DNA of 63,415 nt, counting the filler, from Folioceros fuciformis (Eukaryota), in assembly GCA_049999805.1 (NCBI GenBank). It is 13 parts of 13 records of this genome, joined end to end, with 100 filler letters (N's around TTAATTAATTAA, not from the genome) between each part and the next. Parts side by side here need not be neighbours in the genome. Positions count along the whole stretch, not along the records: positions 9,364 to 19,218 come from JBNGIO010005536.1; positions 19,319 to 22,588 come from JBNGIO010005537.1; positions 22,689 to 52,421 come from JBNGIO010005538.1; 10 more parts are not named here. One strand, written 5' to 3'. The notes beneath the pieces are model-generated. The model ran no database searches. It was not told the origin of the DNA and saw only the letters and a list, made by a program, of their open reading frames with translations. A program made the position numbers and the translations under genes. Of this stretch, positions 11,224 through 25,179 are shown piece by piece (within the stretch, counting starts at the first letter, position 1; each line of letters opens with the position of its first letter).

Positions 11224-12054
11224 ACTGGTATCAGAGCCTAGATTGTGGAGCAAGATGGTGATGTCTGTAGGTGTTGAGGACAAGTTGCACAAAGGCGTGA
11301 GGAAGGCACCAGAGTGAGTGAAGGCAGGATCCCGGGGGCCGTTTGAGGCCACTTTATTGTCCAGCCCCGCCGAGCTCAGGCAGAGGCAATATGGGGCACC
11401 TAGGAGGCGCCGTCGTGCCACCTTGCGGCGCGGGGTGTCTGCCCCAGCGCGGGGCGCCCGATCCCGCGGGCCGCCAACCATGCAGGGCGTTAGAGCATGG
11501 GCCGCTCGGCCGCACGGATTAGGCAGTGGGCCGCAGGGCACCCAGGCGCACGGGCGTGGGCGCGGGTCCCAGATGCGGGTGCTAGGCGCGGGGCGCGGGC
11601 TAGCCGAGATCCTGGCCGCAAGGCGGCGGGATCAGGCCCCGGGCGCAAGGCAGCCCGGATCTCGGCCTCGGGATCAGGCCCAGGCTGTGGGGCAGCTCGG
11701 ATCCTGGCCGCGGGATCAGGCCCAGGCCGCTCTGGCCCAGCTCTTAGTTGCTTGGTGGTATGGCCAGATCTAGAACCGCAGGCGGCAAGATCTTGATCGG
11801 AGAACGAGACACTCCAGTCATGAGCGACTGAATTCCAGCCACAAACGGTCAGATTAGTCTCCCAACGCCAGGCAGGCCAGAACCGGACTTGGGCCTGTCG
11901 TGTCAACCTGAATTGTGGACAGACTCGTGCGATGGTTTGAGGTCTTCAAGTTGTGTTAGCCGATGCGAAACAAGGCGTGAGGGTAACTATCAGAATCTAC
12001 ATTACAATCCGACCGTTTCTAACTAGCCTTTGTTTGATTTGCATCGATTTTGAA

Positions 12055-15000
12055 TGATGACGTCCTCAGAAAACGTTATGTTCAATATCGAAAAGTTAGA
12101 TGGTACTAACTTCCCGTTCTAAAACAAACAAGTGTATAATGTTCTAGTGAAGAAAAAGCATATCAAGCCCATAAAATTGCTTGGTGGGAAACCTGTTAGC
12201 ATGACTCAGGATAAGTGGCAGGATCTAGATGAGCTTGCTAATCTACCATCATGCTCACATTGTCGAAGTCGGTCTACTTCAATGTGAAAGACAAGACCAC
12301 AAGTTACGAGCTATGATAGAAGTTGTGTGACCTGTATGAGAAGCAAAGTGCAGCTTCTCAGGTGTACACCCTGAAACAGCTGGTGGACTTGAAGATGAAG
12401 GAAGGGATGAGGATGTCCGATCATCAAAACGATTTAAATACCTTTTTCAGCCAGATCTCAGGCGCCACGCGCCCGAGCACCGTGGGCACAGCCAGGTCGA
12501 CGGGCACCGCCGGGCGTAGGCGCCAGGGCACACACGGTCAAGCCATGGGCACCGGAGCGCCATAACGTGAGCACAGACGCCGCAGGCGCTACCTCTCGCG
12601 AGCGTTGCGGGCGCTGGGATCAGTTCCCGGACACAGGCTAGACGGGATCCTTGCCGTGGGATTAGGCTCTCAGCCAACAGAAGGTGTGGCCGGATCTAGA
12701 GCCGCAAGGCGGCTAGATTTCGATCGGAGGATTTAGGCCCGTCGTGTCGGCCTAAATTGTGGACAGCCGATTCGGAACGAGGTGTGAGGGTAATTATCAA
12801 AATCTACATTACATTTTGACCAATTCTAATTTGCCTTTTGCTTGATTTGTATCGAGTTTGAATCATGACGTCCTCATAAAACGTCATGTTCAATATCGAG
12901 AAGTTAGATGGTACTAACTTCCCGTTCTAAAACGAACAAGTGTATAATGTTCTTGTGCAGAAGAAGCAGATCAAGCCCATAAAGTTGCTAGGAGTGAAAC
13001 CTGTTAGCATGACTCAGGATAAGTGGCAGGATCTAGATGAGCTTGCTAGATCTATCATGCTAACATTGTCGAAGTCGGTCTACTTCAGTGAAAGACAAGA
13101 CTACAAGTTACGAGCTATGACAGAAGTTGTATGACCTGTATGAGAAGTAAAGTGCAGCTTCTCATGTGTACTGGTTGAAATAGTTGGTGTGACTTAAAGA
13201 TGAAGGAAGGGACGAGGATGTCTGATCATCTAAATGAGTTCAATACCATTTTCAGCCAGCTCTCATCTCAAGGTATCTCGTTCCCAGATTTTGTGAGAGC
13301 TATGTTTCTGTTGATCACATTATCAGAGAGTTGGGACACCTTTCGTACAGCTCTGAGTAATTCCGCTCCTGCCAGTGGTCTCACCATTGTAAATGTAGAA
13401 GGTAGCCTATTAACAGAAGAGGTGAACAGGAAGAATATGGAACCTTTGAAAGGTTCCAATGCCCTCATGGTGAGAGGAAGGTCCACTTCAAAGGGGAAGC
13501 AAAAGGAGCGAAGCCTTTCCCGTAGTAAATCTTGTAATCATAACAATGTTGAGTGTTACCATTGTTACAAAAAGGGTCACATCAGAAGGGACTGCGAGAA
13601 GTTCAAGAAGGACAAAGGAAAGGAAAAGAAGCAGATCGACAACAAGGCAAGTCCGAGTATCAAGCCTGACAAGGTGAATTCTGTTGATGATGGAGATGTT
13701 CTTATCTCTTCTTCCTTTGATTATGCACAATTGACAGCCATGGATAGTCACTTATTCTCTAATTGGATAATTGACTCTAGAGCATCTTTCCATGTCACTT
13801 CGCATAAGGAGTGGTTTACACCTATTATGCTACTAGAAAAGGATGTGTTTGGCTTGGAAATAACTACGCATGCGAGATTGCAGGCTTTGGTGATGTACAG
13901 CTGAGGTTCGACAACGGATCTTCATTCATACTGAAGGATGTTAGGCATGTTCCGAAGGTGACAAAAAGCATGATTAGCATAGGGCAGTTGGATGACGTTG
14001 GCTACCACTATTGGTTTGGGGATCATTCTTGGAAGATCTCCAAAGGTTCTCTTGTGTTAGCTCGGGGATCGAAATGCGGCACTTTATACTCACTTCAGGT
14101 AACCATTGTCAAGAATCATGTGATTTGTGTAACGGAACAGCCAAATGTTTCCTTGTGGCATTGTCGGTTAGGACATATGTCTCAAAAAGGAATGAAGATC
14201 TTATATCATTTTGGTTACGTTCCTGCTTTTGACTCCTCCGATTTCTCCGTGTGTGAGCACTGTTTGTATGGAAAACAAATGAAATCGCCACAGGGAGCAA
14301 GATGTAAACACAAAAGTAAACCTCTTGAATTGGTTCACAATGACGTTTGTGGACCTATACCCACTGTATCATTAAGCGGTGCATTCTATTTTGTCACTTT
14401 CATAGATGATTTCTCACGCAAGGTGTGGGTTTATCCTTTGAGGAAAAAAGACGATGTTCTGATAGTGTTTCAGATATTCGGCACCTTTGTGGAGAATCAG
14501 TCTGGCCTTCGACTAAAGTGTCTAAGGATAAACAATTGTGGAGAGTACGTTTCGAAGGCTTTCCAATCATTCTGTGATTCTAAGGGAATCAAGAGAGAAT
14601 TGACTGCCCCGTATACTTCTCCCCAGAATGGTGTGGCTGAACGGATGAACAGGACCATCCAGGAGAGGATGCATAATTTGTTGTCAAACTCTGGATTGCC
14701 TTACGGATTTTGGGCAGAAGCAGTGTCTACTGCGGTGCATCTTATTAACAGATCTCCTAATAAGGCTGTATATGAGCAGGTTCTAGAGGGGCTGTGGTCT
14801 GGAAAGAAGCCGTCTCACAAGCATCTGAGTGTTTGGCTGCGAGGCATACTACCATGTTCCAAAGGAGTTTCGGGACAAGTTGGCACCCAAGTCCAGAGAA
14901 TGTATTTTTCTTGGCTATGGTGACTATGGTGAGATGGGATACCGTTTATGGGATCCAGAAGCCAAGAGAATTGTTCGCAGCAATGACGTGTTCTTCAATG

Positions 15001-15333
15001 AGAACAAGATGCACAAGAAGCCTACTCCAACTGTGGACGTGCGACAATTGGTCTTCTAAGAACATGGACTTGACCGTCACACACAGGTTGAACGTTGTGA
15101 TGTGCGGGAACCCGCTCCTCCACTTGTAGAAGAAGAGAGAGTGCAACCAGCCCCAGTCGAGGTGCCTATGCTTTGTAAGTCAGGAAGGATTTCACGTCCT
15201 CCTTACAGGTATGTTGCATCTCTTGATTATGTCATGCTGACAGATTGTGGGGAGCCCTCTTGTAACAAAGAGGCCACGTCAGTGACTGACAAGGACAAGT
15301 GGGAAAAGGCGATGCAGTCGCAGATGGATTCAC
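12055..15333 (+). mobile_element. Degenerate Ty1/copia gag-PR-INT to start of RT, with a duplicated gag 5' part
   Basis: IEKLDGTNF gag, CYHCYKKGHIRRDC, WIIDSRASFH, LWHCRLGH..CEHC, PQNGVAERMNRT; stops and frameshifts; cut at 15333. Confidence 0.92.
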
Positions 15334-15546
15334 TGAAAACACACAAGATTGTATTAGCAAGAACGATAGATTGTCAATTTGCTGACTAGAATTTATACAG
15401 GCATCGATTCAGTTATAATTGTTATGGGTGCGGTTAAGTATATGAATAACTTAAGTAACTACTTTGCTCTAACCGCTTGTTTAACGAAATGTGCCCTAAG
15501 GGTTCCGAGCATCTGTCAGCGCTAAAACCCTTATCTAACCCCAACA
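15334..15546 (-). repeat. 3' LTR of a second copia inserted in the first
   Basis: Minus strand: PPT GAAGGGGAG then TGTTGGGG...GTTTTCA; interrupts the plus-strand element at the start of RT. Confidence 0.75.
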
Positions 15547-15926
15547 CTCCCCTTCACTGTTGATCCGGAAGCTGCTTCATGTTGGTTGTTGATCGTCTAT
15601 GGCCTCGATTTCGCATGCCTTCCTGCAAGTGATGTTGAGTCTTCTCTCCAATGTTTGGTGGTTTCTTCAGCTCCTTAGCCACTTGGTCATGTGTGTAATG
15701 GAGAAGATCGCAAGTTTCAACAAACAAGAGTGCCCAAACGTAAGATTGAAAAGACGGGAGGAGGTTCACATGCTGCTAGTGGCAGGCGAGATTCAAAGAT
15801 GAGTCATAACTCAGTCTGTATGGAGGAGTTCGTGAGCGCGTCTTCCCAACCTTTGCCGCCTGAAGAAAAGTTGAAGTGGTGAAACCAGATAGGGAACTGT
15901 TGCTGCTGCAGTCTCGAAGCCCCCCC

Positions 15927-17269
15927 TCAAGTTGAGCTGGGAGTGTCGGCTCCAATGTTGCCAAGATAAGCCTCCTTACTTATTAGCCCTATACTTCTCA
16001 CATGCTTCTCATGCAACGCCTTGCTAAGTCCCTTTGTGAGAAGGTCGGCTGTATTGTCTGAGGTATTCACATAGCGAAGGAGGACCTGTTTGTTGGATAC
16101 TATTCGTCTTATGAAATGGTGCTGTATCTCGACGTGTTTAGTCCTAGCGTGCAAGATAGGGTTGTGAGTCATTGTTATTGCTGATTGGTTGTCGCATAAT
16201 AGTTCCATGGGTTAGTGTTGTTCCTCGTTGATGTCTTGCAAGAACTATCGAATCTAGAGGATTTCGTTCGCTACGAGTGAGGTGGCTGCGTACTCTGCTT
16301 CCATGCTTGATAGACATACGGTCTGCATTTTCTTGCAGCCCCATGAGACTGTCGAATCGTTCACCATCATGCAGTATGCGACAGTTGACTTCCTAGCATC
16401 TGGGTCACCAACCCAATTTGCATCGGAGTAAGATGGGAGTGTAAGCTTGGTAGAAGTACCTCTGTAAAGCAGTCCTAGGGATTTGGTTCCCTTCAGGCAG
16501 CGGAACACTCGCTTCACACAAGTCCAATGTGCTCTTCCGGGGTTTGATAAATATCTCGACGCTATGTTTACTGCCTGAGATATGTCTAGCCTCGTCCATA
16601 TGGACAGGTACAGTGAGCTTCCTACTGCCTCGCTATATGGGACTTCTTGCATCTCTTTGGCCTCCTCCGTTGTGCAGGGACAATCCTTTGCTGATACTTT
16701 CTCCCCTGTGGCTATAGGGGTGGACACTAGCTTTACGTCTTGGAGCTTAAACCTTTTGAGAAGCTGATCTATGTAATGTTGTTGGTGTATGAAGAAGGAG
16801 CTATCCTTGGGGTTGTTTTCAAACTGGACACCTAGGGCATAGCGCAGGGGACCTATGTCTACGACGTCATATTCCTTTGAAAGTAAGTCTTTTGCCAACT
16901 GTACAAATGACAGGCTATCTCCGAAGATGAAGTTATCATCTACGTATAAGGTGATGACGACTAGTTTGTTTGCTTCTTTTAATACATACACGCTGGGATC
17001 TCAGGTAAGTGGTGTGGAGCTGCATTTCTTTTAAGTACAGGTTGATAGTCAAGTTCCATACCTGGGCAGATTGCTTGAGTCCATAGAGGGACTTGAGCAA
17101 TTTACATACCTTGTGTGTGTCTCTCACAAACCCTGGTGGTTGCATCATATATATTTCTTCACTTATTGTGCCGAATAGAAAAGCGGTTTTGACGTCGACT
17201 TGGTGCACTTGCAGGTGATGATGCGCTACGAAAGCTAAGAGGATCCTGATGGAAGTTGATTTGACTATA
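15927..17269 (-). mobile_element. Ty1/copia RT-RNase H (degenerate)
   Basis: QVDVKTAFL, LLKSLYGLKQS, LYVDD, YSDANW, ARTKHVEIQHHFIR, ADLLTKGL. Confidence 0.93.
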
Positions 17270-19218
17270 CTATAGTCAGCGGTCGTATTCCGCCAAATCG
17301 GGCTTCGGGTCATTTTCTGTGTCATTTTCCGTGGCACATATCCAAAAATCATGCTATTTGGTGTGGATTACCCCCAAATCTATGGAACAACTATCACGAC
17401 AAACTTTGTATTCATCATGTTTACCCAGAAACTAGGCGAAATTGCGGGTTACCAACAGTAAAACTTTTTGATCCTATCCAGTTCCATGGTTGGTTTGACA
17501 CTACTTATTACATGTAGACGGAATGATATTTTTTGAAATCGGAATTACTTGAAACTGTAAAATGTTAAATCTTTTTCAATATCGCTCATTCAACCCTAGA
17601 CGGAAGGAGTGCGCCGGTAGAACGTCGCACTCCTACTTGTGAAGCGATGAGTAGCTGGTGAACACCCAGATCGGGTCTGGGGAAAGTGCACCAGAACTAT
17701 TCAAAATGAGTTAGGGTTAGGCCGGCGCACAGATAGACCGAGGTAGCTGCTCTCTATGAGCACCCCTACAAGGTGCTTATGAATAAGCAACCAAAGCTCT
17801 TTGCAAACAGTGTTCATATATATGAAGTATGGTATACATGAAATTACTTAATCAGTATAGTCTAAGTTTCTGCGAGTTCATCATCGAGTTCATCTGCACG
17901 GTTTTCTTGATCCCGCCTAAGCACATACAAGTTCTTTCTGATAAGGTTTCGAGTGCGAGCGTACAGCTGTTTTTGACGAGTTGACTCAAATCCATACGCT
18001 AAAATAAAAGTGTTCGCGATAGATATTGTGTCAATATGCTTCCGAAGTCTTCTGCTTGGTTGTCGCTTACGTCCTCGTCTAGAACCCATGGCAAGTTCTT
18101 CATTCGGCAATATCATCTCCTCTTGATATCGGCCTTCAAATGCATCTAAACATTTGTGACCCACCAATGGACTATGATACTATGAGTGTCATTTTCCTCC
18201 TGCATGTCCAGCACTTTGGCAATCCAAAAAGGCCTGTTGTCTACGTCTGTCTCGCATAGGACAGCAAGCATGTGCCCTGCTTCGATCTCTGATACATCTC
18301 CACTGAAGCTGTCAACATCGTTCCGAACGTAAGCATCTCTTCTATAAGGCCCCACATACAGATCTCTTCTAGGAACTTCTCGTATCCGTGGGTTTTCCAA
18401 TACCACATCTGGCACGAGTAATGGGGTATTTAACAACTCTGCCTCGTCGCGATTATACCATCGCCATGGCCAGTCAAGGTCTTGCTCTACACACGAATTT
18501 ATACTTTGAATGATGGCCTCTTGCTCGGCCCAAAATGAATCCCACCACAAGTCTTCGCCCAGACCTAAGTGTTGCCGTAATTTGAACTCCAATCTTGATC
18601 GAATCTGTGATAGATTATATCCTGGCACATTGTCCATAATAGTCTTTTGTTTCCTACTCCTCACCTACAGATGCATCAATGGAGCGACTTTCATATTCCT
18701 CTCCGGAACTACTTTTAGGAGTTCTATCCCTTCATCAGGCGACCAATATTGATCAGTGGAATATTGTTTTCCTCTCATAACTGTAACAGGTCCACGATCT
18801 CCACGGCTCTTTTTCGTGATCTTAAACTGGTGTTGAAACGATATATTATGCAACTGACTAACCACTGCAACACTCTGATATCTTGCTTTCCCATAGGGTA
18901 TAGGCCAAACAAACTTTCTGAAGTCAAGCACCTCCTTCACCTTATGAACGTCTGGCATGGGGGAATACGCGCTCTGCATAATTGCAATAAGCTTAGGTAA
19001 AGTCAAAGCTTCCTTCCAACTGAGTGCTGTTGAAAACCTGGAAAACATTTGATCAACCTGGTTGTGTGTGTGCCCCACTAGCAGGAATCCAACTTTTATC
19101 TTTAAGAAAACCCGCATTTCCACTAACCTATTCAAATAAGAAAAAAGCAACGCATTTTTATTCTCGCGTGCCATGTTGTCTAGTTGCAAATATAGTACTC
19201 CAGGTAGCAAGCCTTCGT
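17270..19218 (-). mobile_element. DDE transposase-like (Sola-like) element, degenerate, inserted in copia RT
   Basis: LYLQLDNMARENKN...GFLLVGHTHNQVDQMFSRFS; ORFs 18665-19210, 18146-18664 (same frame after a TAG) and 17862-18167 form one decayed protein; superfamily assignment is from motif recall. Confidence 0.6.
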
Positions 19219-19318
19219 NNNNNNNNNNNNNNNNNNNNNNNNNNNNNNNNNNNNNNNNNNNNTTAATTAATTAANNNNNNNNNNNNNNNNNNNNNNNNNN
19301 NNNNNNNNNNNNNNNNNN

Positions 19319-20061
19319 GAGTCAGTCCCCTCAAACTGACGATGAGAAGAGTGAGATGACAGGAGTTCCCTATGCTCAGGCAGTAGGTTCTCTTATCTTC
19401 TGTTCAAATCATAGCCGTCCAGATGTAGCACTTGCAGTGAGTATGGTGTCCCAGTTCCTGAAAGAGCCAGGTAGGTCTAATTGGTTAGCTACTAAAAGAA
19501 TACTTAGATACCTAAAAGGGACAACCACACATGGTGTGCACTACACAAAGAGAGCAAGTGATAATGAACCTCTTACCTTGATAGGATAATGTGATGCTGA
19601 CTGGGCTGCAGATGTCGACACGAGAAGGTCAGTTTCTGCATATGCATTTTTATTGGCAAGGGGGTGTTGTCACCTGGTCTTCGAAGAAACAGGCGACTGT
19701 ATCCTTATCTTCTACTGAGGCTGAGTATTCAGCACTTACCCATGCAGCAAAAGAGGCTATCTGGTTACGGAGGTTTTTGGCAGATCTTGGACAGCAGCAG
19801 AAAGAACCAACATTAATATATTGTGACAACCAATCTGCATTGGCGTTAGCTCAAAATCCTGTGTATCACGCAAGAACAAAACATATCAAAGTGCATCATC
19901 ATTTCGTTAGAGACGCTATTACACAAGGACACATCAGACTCGAATATATACCAACAGACTCCAACGCTGCAGATATTCTCACCAAGTCTTTACCAAAGCT
20001 CAAACATTACCAGTTTAAGGAGTCTTTGGGAGTTCTAGAGTCAGACAGTGTCAAAATGTAA
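19319..20061 (+). mobile_element. Ty1/copia RT end and RNase H
   Basis: YAQAVGSLIF, SSTEAEY, CDNQSA, ARTKHIKVHHHFVR, ADILTKSL. Confidence 0.92.
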
Positions 20062-20276
20062 CAAAGTTCATGACGATCATGGGCCACTATAGGTTGCTTA
20101 GCCAGACTCAGATGAAGTATCGTCAGTTCCAAAGAACAAGGACCTCTTCTCATTCCTGCTTGCTCTGAGAAGGTTTAGAAAATTTGGGTCGTAGTCAGGC
20201 TGGTTTTCTTCTTCTGAAGAGTCGTAGACTATGTCAGCCTCTTCACACATCTTGGCCCTCGAAACTGTAACACATG

Positions 20277-20735
20277 TCAGTAGCAGTAGTTAGTGAACTT
20301 GGCAGCAGTGCTCACACCACACAAACAGTGGAAGACAGATTTGAGCTGCTGGAACTTACCGTAGAATGTGATGAAATTAGCATCTCCTCCTCCCCATCTG
20401 AACCAGTTTTCTCTGACCATAACAATCCCAGTATGCTCGCAGGTGTAAGTCTCGGGTGTTAGAGGGTCATCAACTCCGTTTCCTGCTGCCGTTGATCTGT
20501 GGTTCCCTCTAGCGAGCTGGTCCTTGAGTGCCTCAAGCTTCGTTGTGATCTTGGCAGCCTTCTCCTCTAGCGTGTCAATAGTCATGGAGAATCCTGCTTG
20601 CTGGAGCTGGAGAGATTTCGGAATCGTGCCGTGGATCGGACACACAGGGTGATCTTCTATGCAGATATAGCTTGGCCTGCCATCAGTCCTTGGAGCTTGG
20701 GAGGTGGCAGCTGTGCTGCAGCTGGAGCTCGACAT
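20277..20735 (-). CDS. Antisense ORF in the copia 3' region (hypothetical)
   Basis: 152-aa ATG ORF between RNase H and the PPT; coiled-coil-like TLEEKAAKITTKLEALKDQL and Cys/His clusters. Confidence 0.4.
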   Translation of the reverse strand: MSSSSCSTAATSQAPRTDGRPSYICIEDHPVCPIHGTIPKSLQLQQAGFSMTIDTLEEKAAKITTKLEALKDQLARGNHRSTAAGNGVDDPLTPETYTCEHTGIVMVRENWFRWGGGDANFITFYGKFQQLKSVFHCLCGVSTAAKFTNYCY

Positions 20736-20897
20736 TCTGAGTTTTGGCGGCTACCTGATCTGAGCGTAACCTGGACACTGAGACGACTAGGTCAAAGAGG
20801 AGGTGTGGAGACTGTAATTTCCGTCATTTTGAATCAGAAGGGCCTTTTAGGTCTAGATTCAATCTTTCAATTATCTCGTAATGATAATGAGTGGGAG

Positions 20898-21089
20898 TGT
20901 TAAATAGATGCTTCCTTCATATATACTTTACATTATACATTACATGTTTGGGTTAGTGTTAGGGTTATATATAGTTATTAGTTGTAACCGTTTCTAGATG
21001 TTTTATGTCCTTTGACACACACACACATAATTAGTATTCAAGTTATGTAGACTCTATTGTGCATGGCCAGCGTTGTGTAAAACTCTACA
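20898..21089 (+). repeat. 3' LTR, inserted into the RNase H of an opposite-strand copia
   Basis: PPT GAGTGGGAG then TGTTAAA...CTCTACA; next bases are the minus-strand RNase H (LSANPI). Confidence 0.75.
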
Positions 21090-22588
21090 GATAGGATTAG
21101 CTGAGAGAGCTATTGCGGACTGAATCACACTGAAGCACCATAGGCTCTGCCTGTTTCTCATGTATCTCCTCGAGGAACTGCCTGATCCAGGTTATCTCCC
21201 TTGCTGCAAGAGAAAGTGCACTGTATTCGACTTCCATCGAAGAGAGACTGATAGTAGAAAGCTTCTTGCTTTGCCAACTAATCGCCGAGCCACATAAAAG
21301 TGTACAGTACGCTGCTATGGATTTCCTGCTATCAACATCACCGGCCCAATCTACGTATGAGAAGCAGTTGAGTTGGAAATCACTAGCCTTCATGTATTTC
21401 AAGCATAGAAATCTGCTGCCCTTCAAGTATCTTAATATGCACTTGACAGCCTCCCAATGCTTCTTCCTAGGGTTTGATAGAAAATGGGATACAATGCCGG
21501 TAGCCTGCGAGATGTCAGGGCTCGTCCAACCAGCAAGATAAAGCAAGCTTCCTACCACCTCCCTGTAAGGTATGGCTGCCATTTCTGCCTTCTCCAAGGC
21601 TATGACGGGACAGCCTTCTAGTGATAGCTTCTCGGCAGCAGCGACAGGTGTTGACACTGGTTTTATGTCTTGCAGGTTAAACTTGGCAAGGATCTGTCAA
21701 ATGAAGTGTTCCTGGTGAAGAGTCACGTAACCATCAGTTGGGTTAAAGGAGAACTGTATACCGAGTGCAAACCTGAGAGGTGCAACGTCAGTCATGTCCC
21801 ATTCCTTGGACAGCTGATGCTTCACCTTTGTGAGTATGTTGTTGTCACTAGCAAACAAGAAGTTATCGTCAACATACAGGGCAATGATACAAAGTTGTTT
21901 TTCTCTGTGCAGAACGTACACGCTGCAATCAGCAGTGAGTGGCAACAAACCCAGTGCACAGAGCTTGGTATGAGCTCGTCCGTTCCATATTCGAGTGGAT
22001 TGCTTGAGCCCGTAAAGAGACTTCAAAAGTTCGCATACCATGTCAGGGTCTGTGATGTATCCTTTTGGCTGATGCATGTATATAGTTTCCTCTAATGGCC
22101 CATTCAGAAATGCAGTTTTCACGTCCATTTGGTGGACGATGAGTCTATGTTGTATTGCATAGCATAGCAATATGCGCATTGATGTTGGTTTCACTACGGG
22201 ACTGAATGTCTCATTGAAGTCTAGACCTTGCACCTGTGTATAACCGCGTGCTACAAGTCGGGCCTTATATCTAGCCACAGATCCATCAGGGTTAAGTTTC
22301 ATCTTAATCACCCATTTTGAGGTGATGGCCCTTCTTCCTGCTGGTAATCTGACCAATCTCTAGGTACCATTGTCCATAAGTGATTTGTACTTGCTGTCTA
22401 TTGCCTTTTCCCAGTCTTTCTTCTGGGGTCCACTAACTGCTTCCTTGTATGTGAGAGGGGTGTCAGGAGGCTCCATCACTGCGAGGGCAATGTGGTGTGA
22501 CATCTGTGCGAGACTTATGCCCACGTTATCTAAGGCATTAGCATCTGAACGTGAGACTAAAGTGTCGCCTGGAGTGTAAGGAGGCTCA
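21090..22588 (-). mobile_element. Ty1/copia RT-RNase H (degenerate)
   Basis: KARLVARGY, QMDVKTAFL, SLYGLKQS, LYVDD, YVDWAGD. Confidence 0.93.
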
Positions 22589-22773
22589 NNNNNNNNNNNN
22601 NNNNNNNNNNNNNNNNNNNNNNNNNNNNNNNNTTAATTAATTAANNNNNNNNNNNNNNNNNNNNNNNNNNNNNNNNNNNNNNNNNNNNTGCATCGCCACC
22701 ACATCCCCAACATTCAATTTGAAAGATTAAAATAGGCAACCGAGCTGAATGAATTTACGGGTGGAAGGTTTAC

Positions 22774-24240
<1,467 letters not shown>

Positions 24241-25179
24241 GATCGACCCGCCATGGTCACCGTGTCGGTTCTGGAAGAGAGCAGCACGGCTTGTTCTTCC
24301 TCATGCGAGACCGAGAGCTGGAATGTCGGGAAGCTGCTGCTCTGCAATCGTCACAAGGGCAGCGGAATCTCGGAAGAATGTCTGGCCCTGTCGGATACTT
24401 CTGGAAGTTTTTGCTGTCACATTCCCTGCTTGGATTGCCGGCTCTTAAACCAGACGGTGCGAATCAAGGCCTGGAAGTACACAGCGGGAGGGGTTCTGGA
24501 GCAGAGCAGAGGGTTGCTGAAGGTTCTGAGCCTGGAGCTTGCGCCTATGCTTCAGCTACGCCCGGGGGAGCTTTCCTTCTCTTTGTGTCGATCCCATCTC
24601 TGCGGATGCCAGGCATCTTGTGCTGGAGAGTCCCCTGGGGAAGCGTGGTAAGGGCAAACGGTTGGAGGTACAGGGATGTCTGCAGTGCATGAGCCGTCCG
24701 TTTTTCCTTCCCCAAGGATACAGAGCTGAGGGATCGGATCTTGTTGTTCGCCCATCGAGGCAGTACAGGCTGGGGAAGCAGTCCCACGAGTCGATGCTAG
24801 GGTTTATGGTGCTACTCTCGTCCATCCTTGATTTTGGTTCTTCTGGGTATTTGGAGGATCTCATGTTTTGGGTAGGTCGAAGGAGTCAGAAGGAGATGTC
24901 TACATATGACGATTGCTCTTGGGGGCATTTGTGTTACTGGTCCTGTTTCTGGTGTTTGATTAAATGAAAATCCATTATCCTATTCATGATAAATATGATG
25001 ACTGTGCTGGGGCTGGGCGTGTCTGCTCTTCTGTGTTCCTGCGGCCTTGCAAAACGAGGCCCCCCTCGTCTATTGATCCATACACAACAAGAATCTCTGG
25101 GCAGAGTCCTTGCTGGGGCATACCAAGCAAAAAGGCTGTCCGTACCCAGCAAAAAGACTGTCCATGTCACCGTGTCCTT

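Noticed and set aside
11318-11906. Overlapping GC-rich ORFs after the PBS
   Set aside because: Repetitive retrotransposon leader; open frames arise from high GC content.
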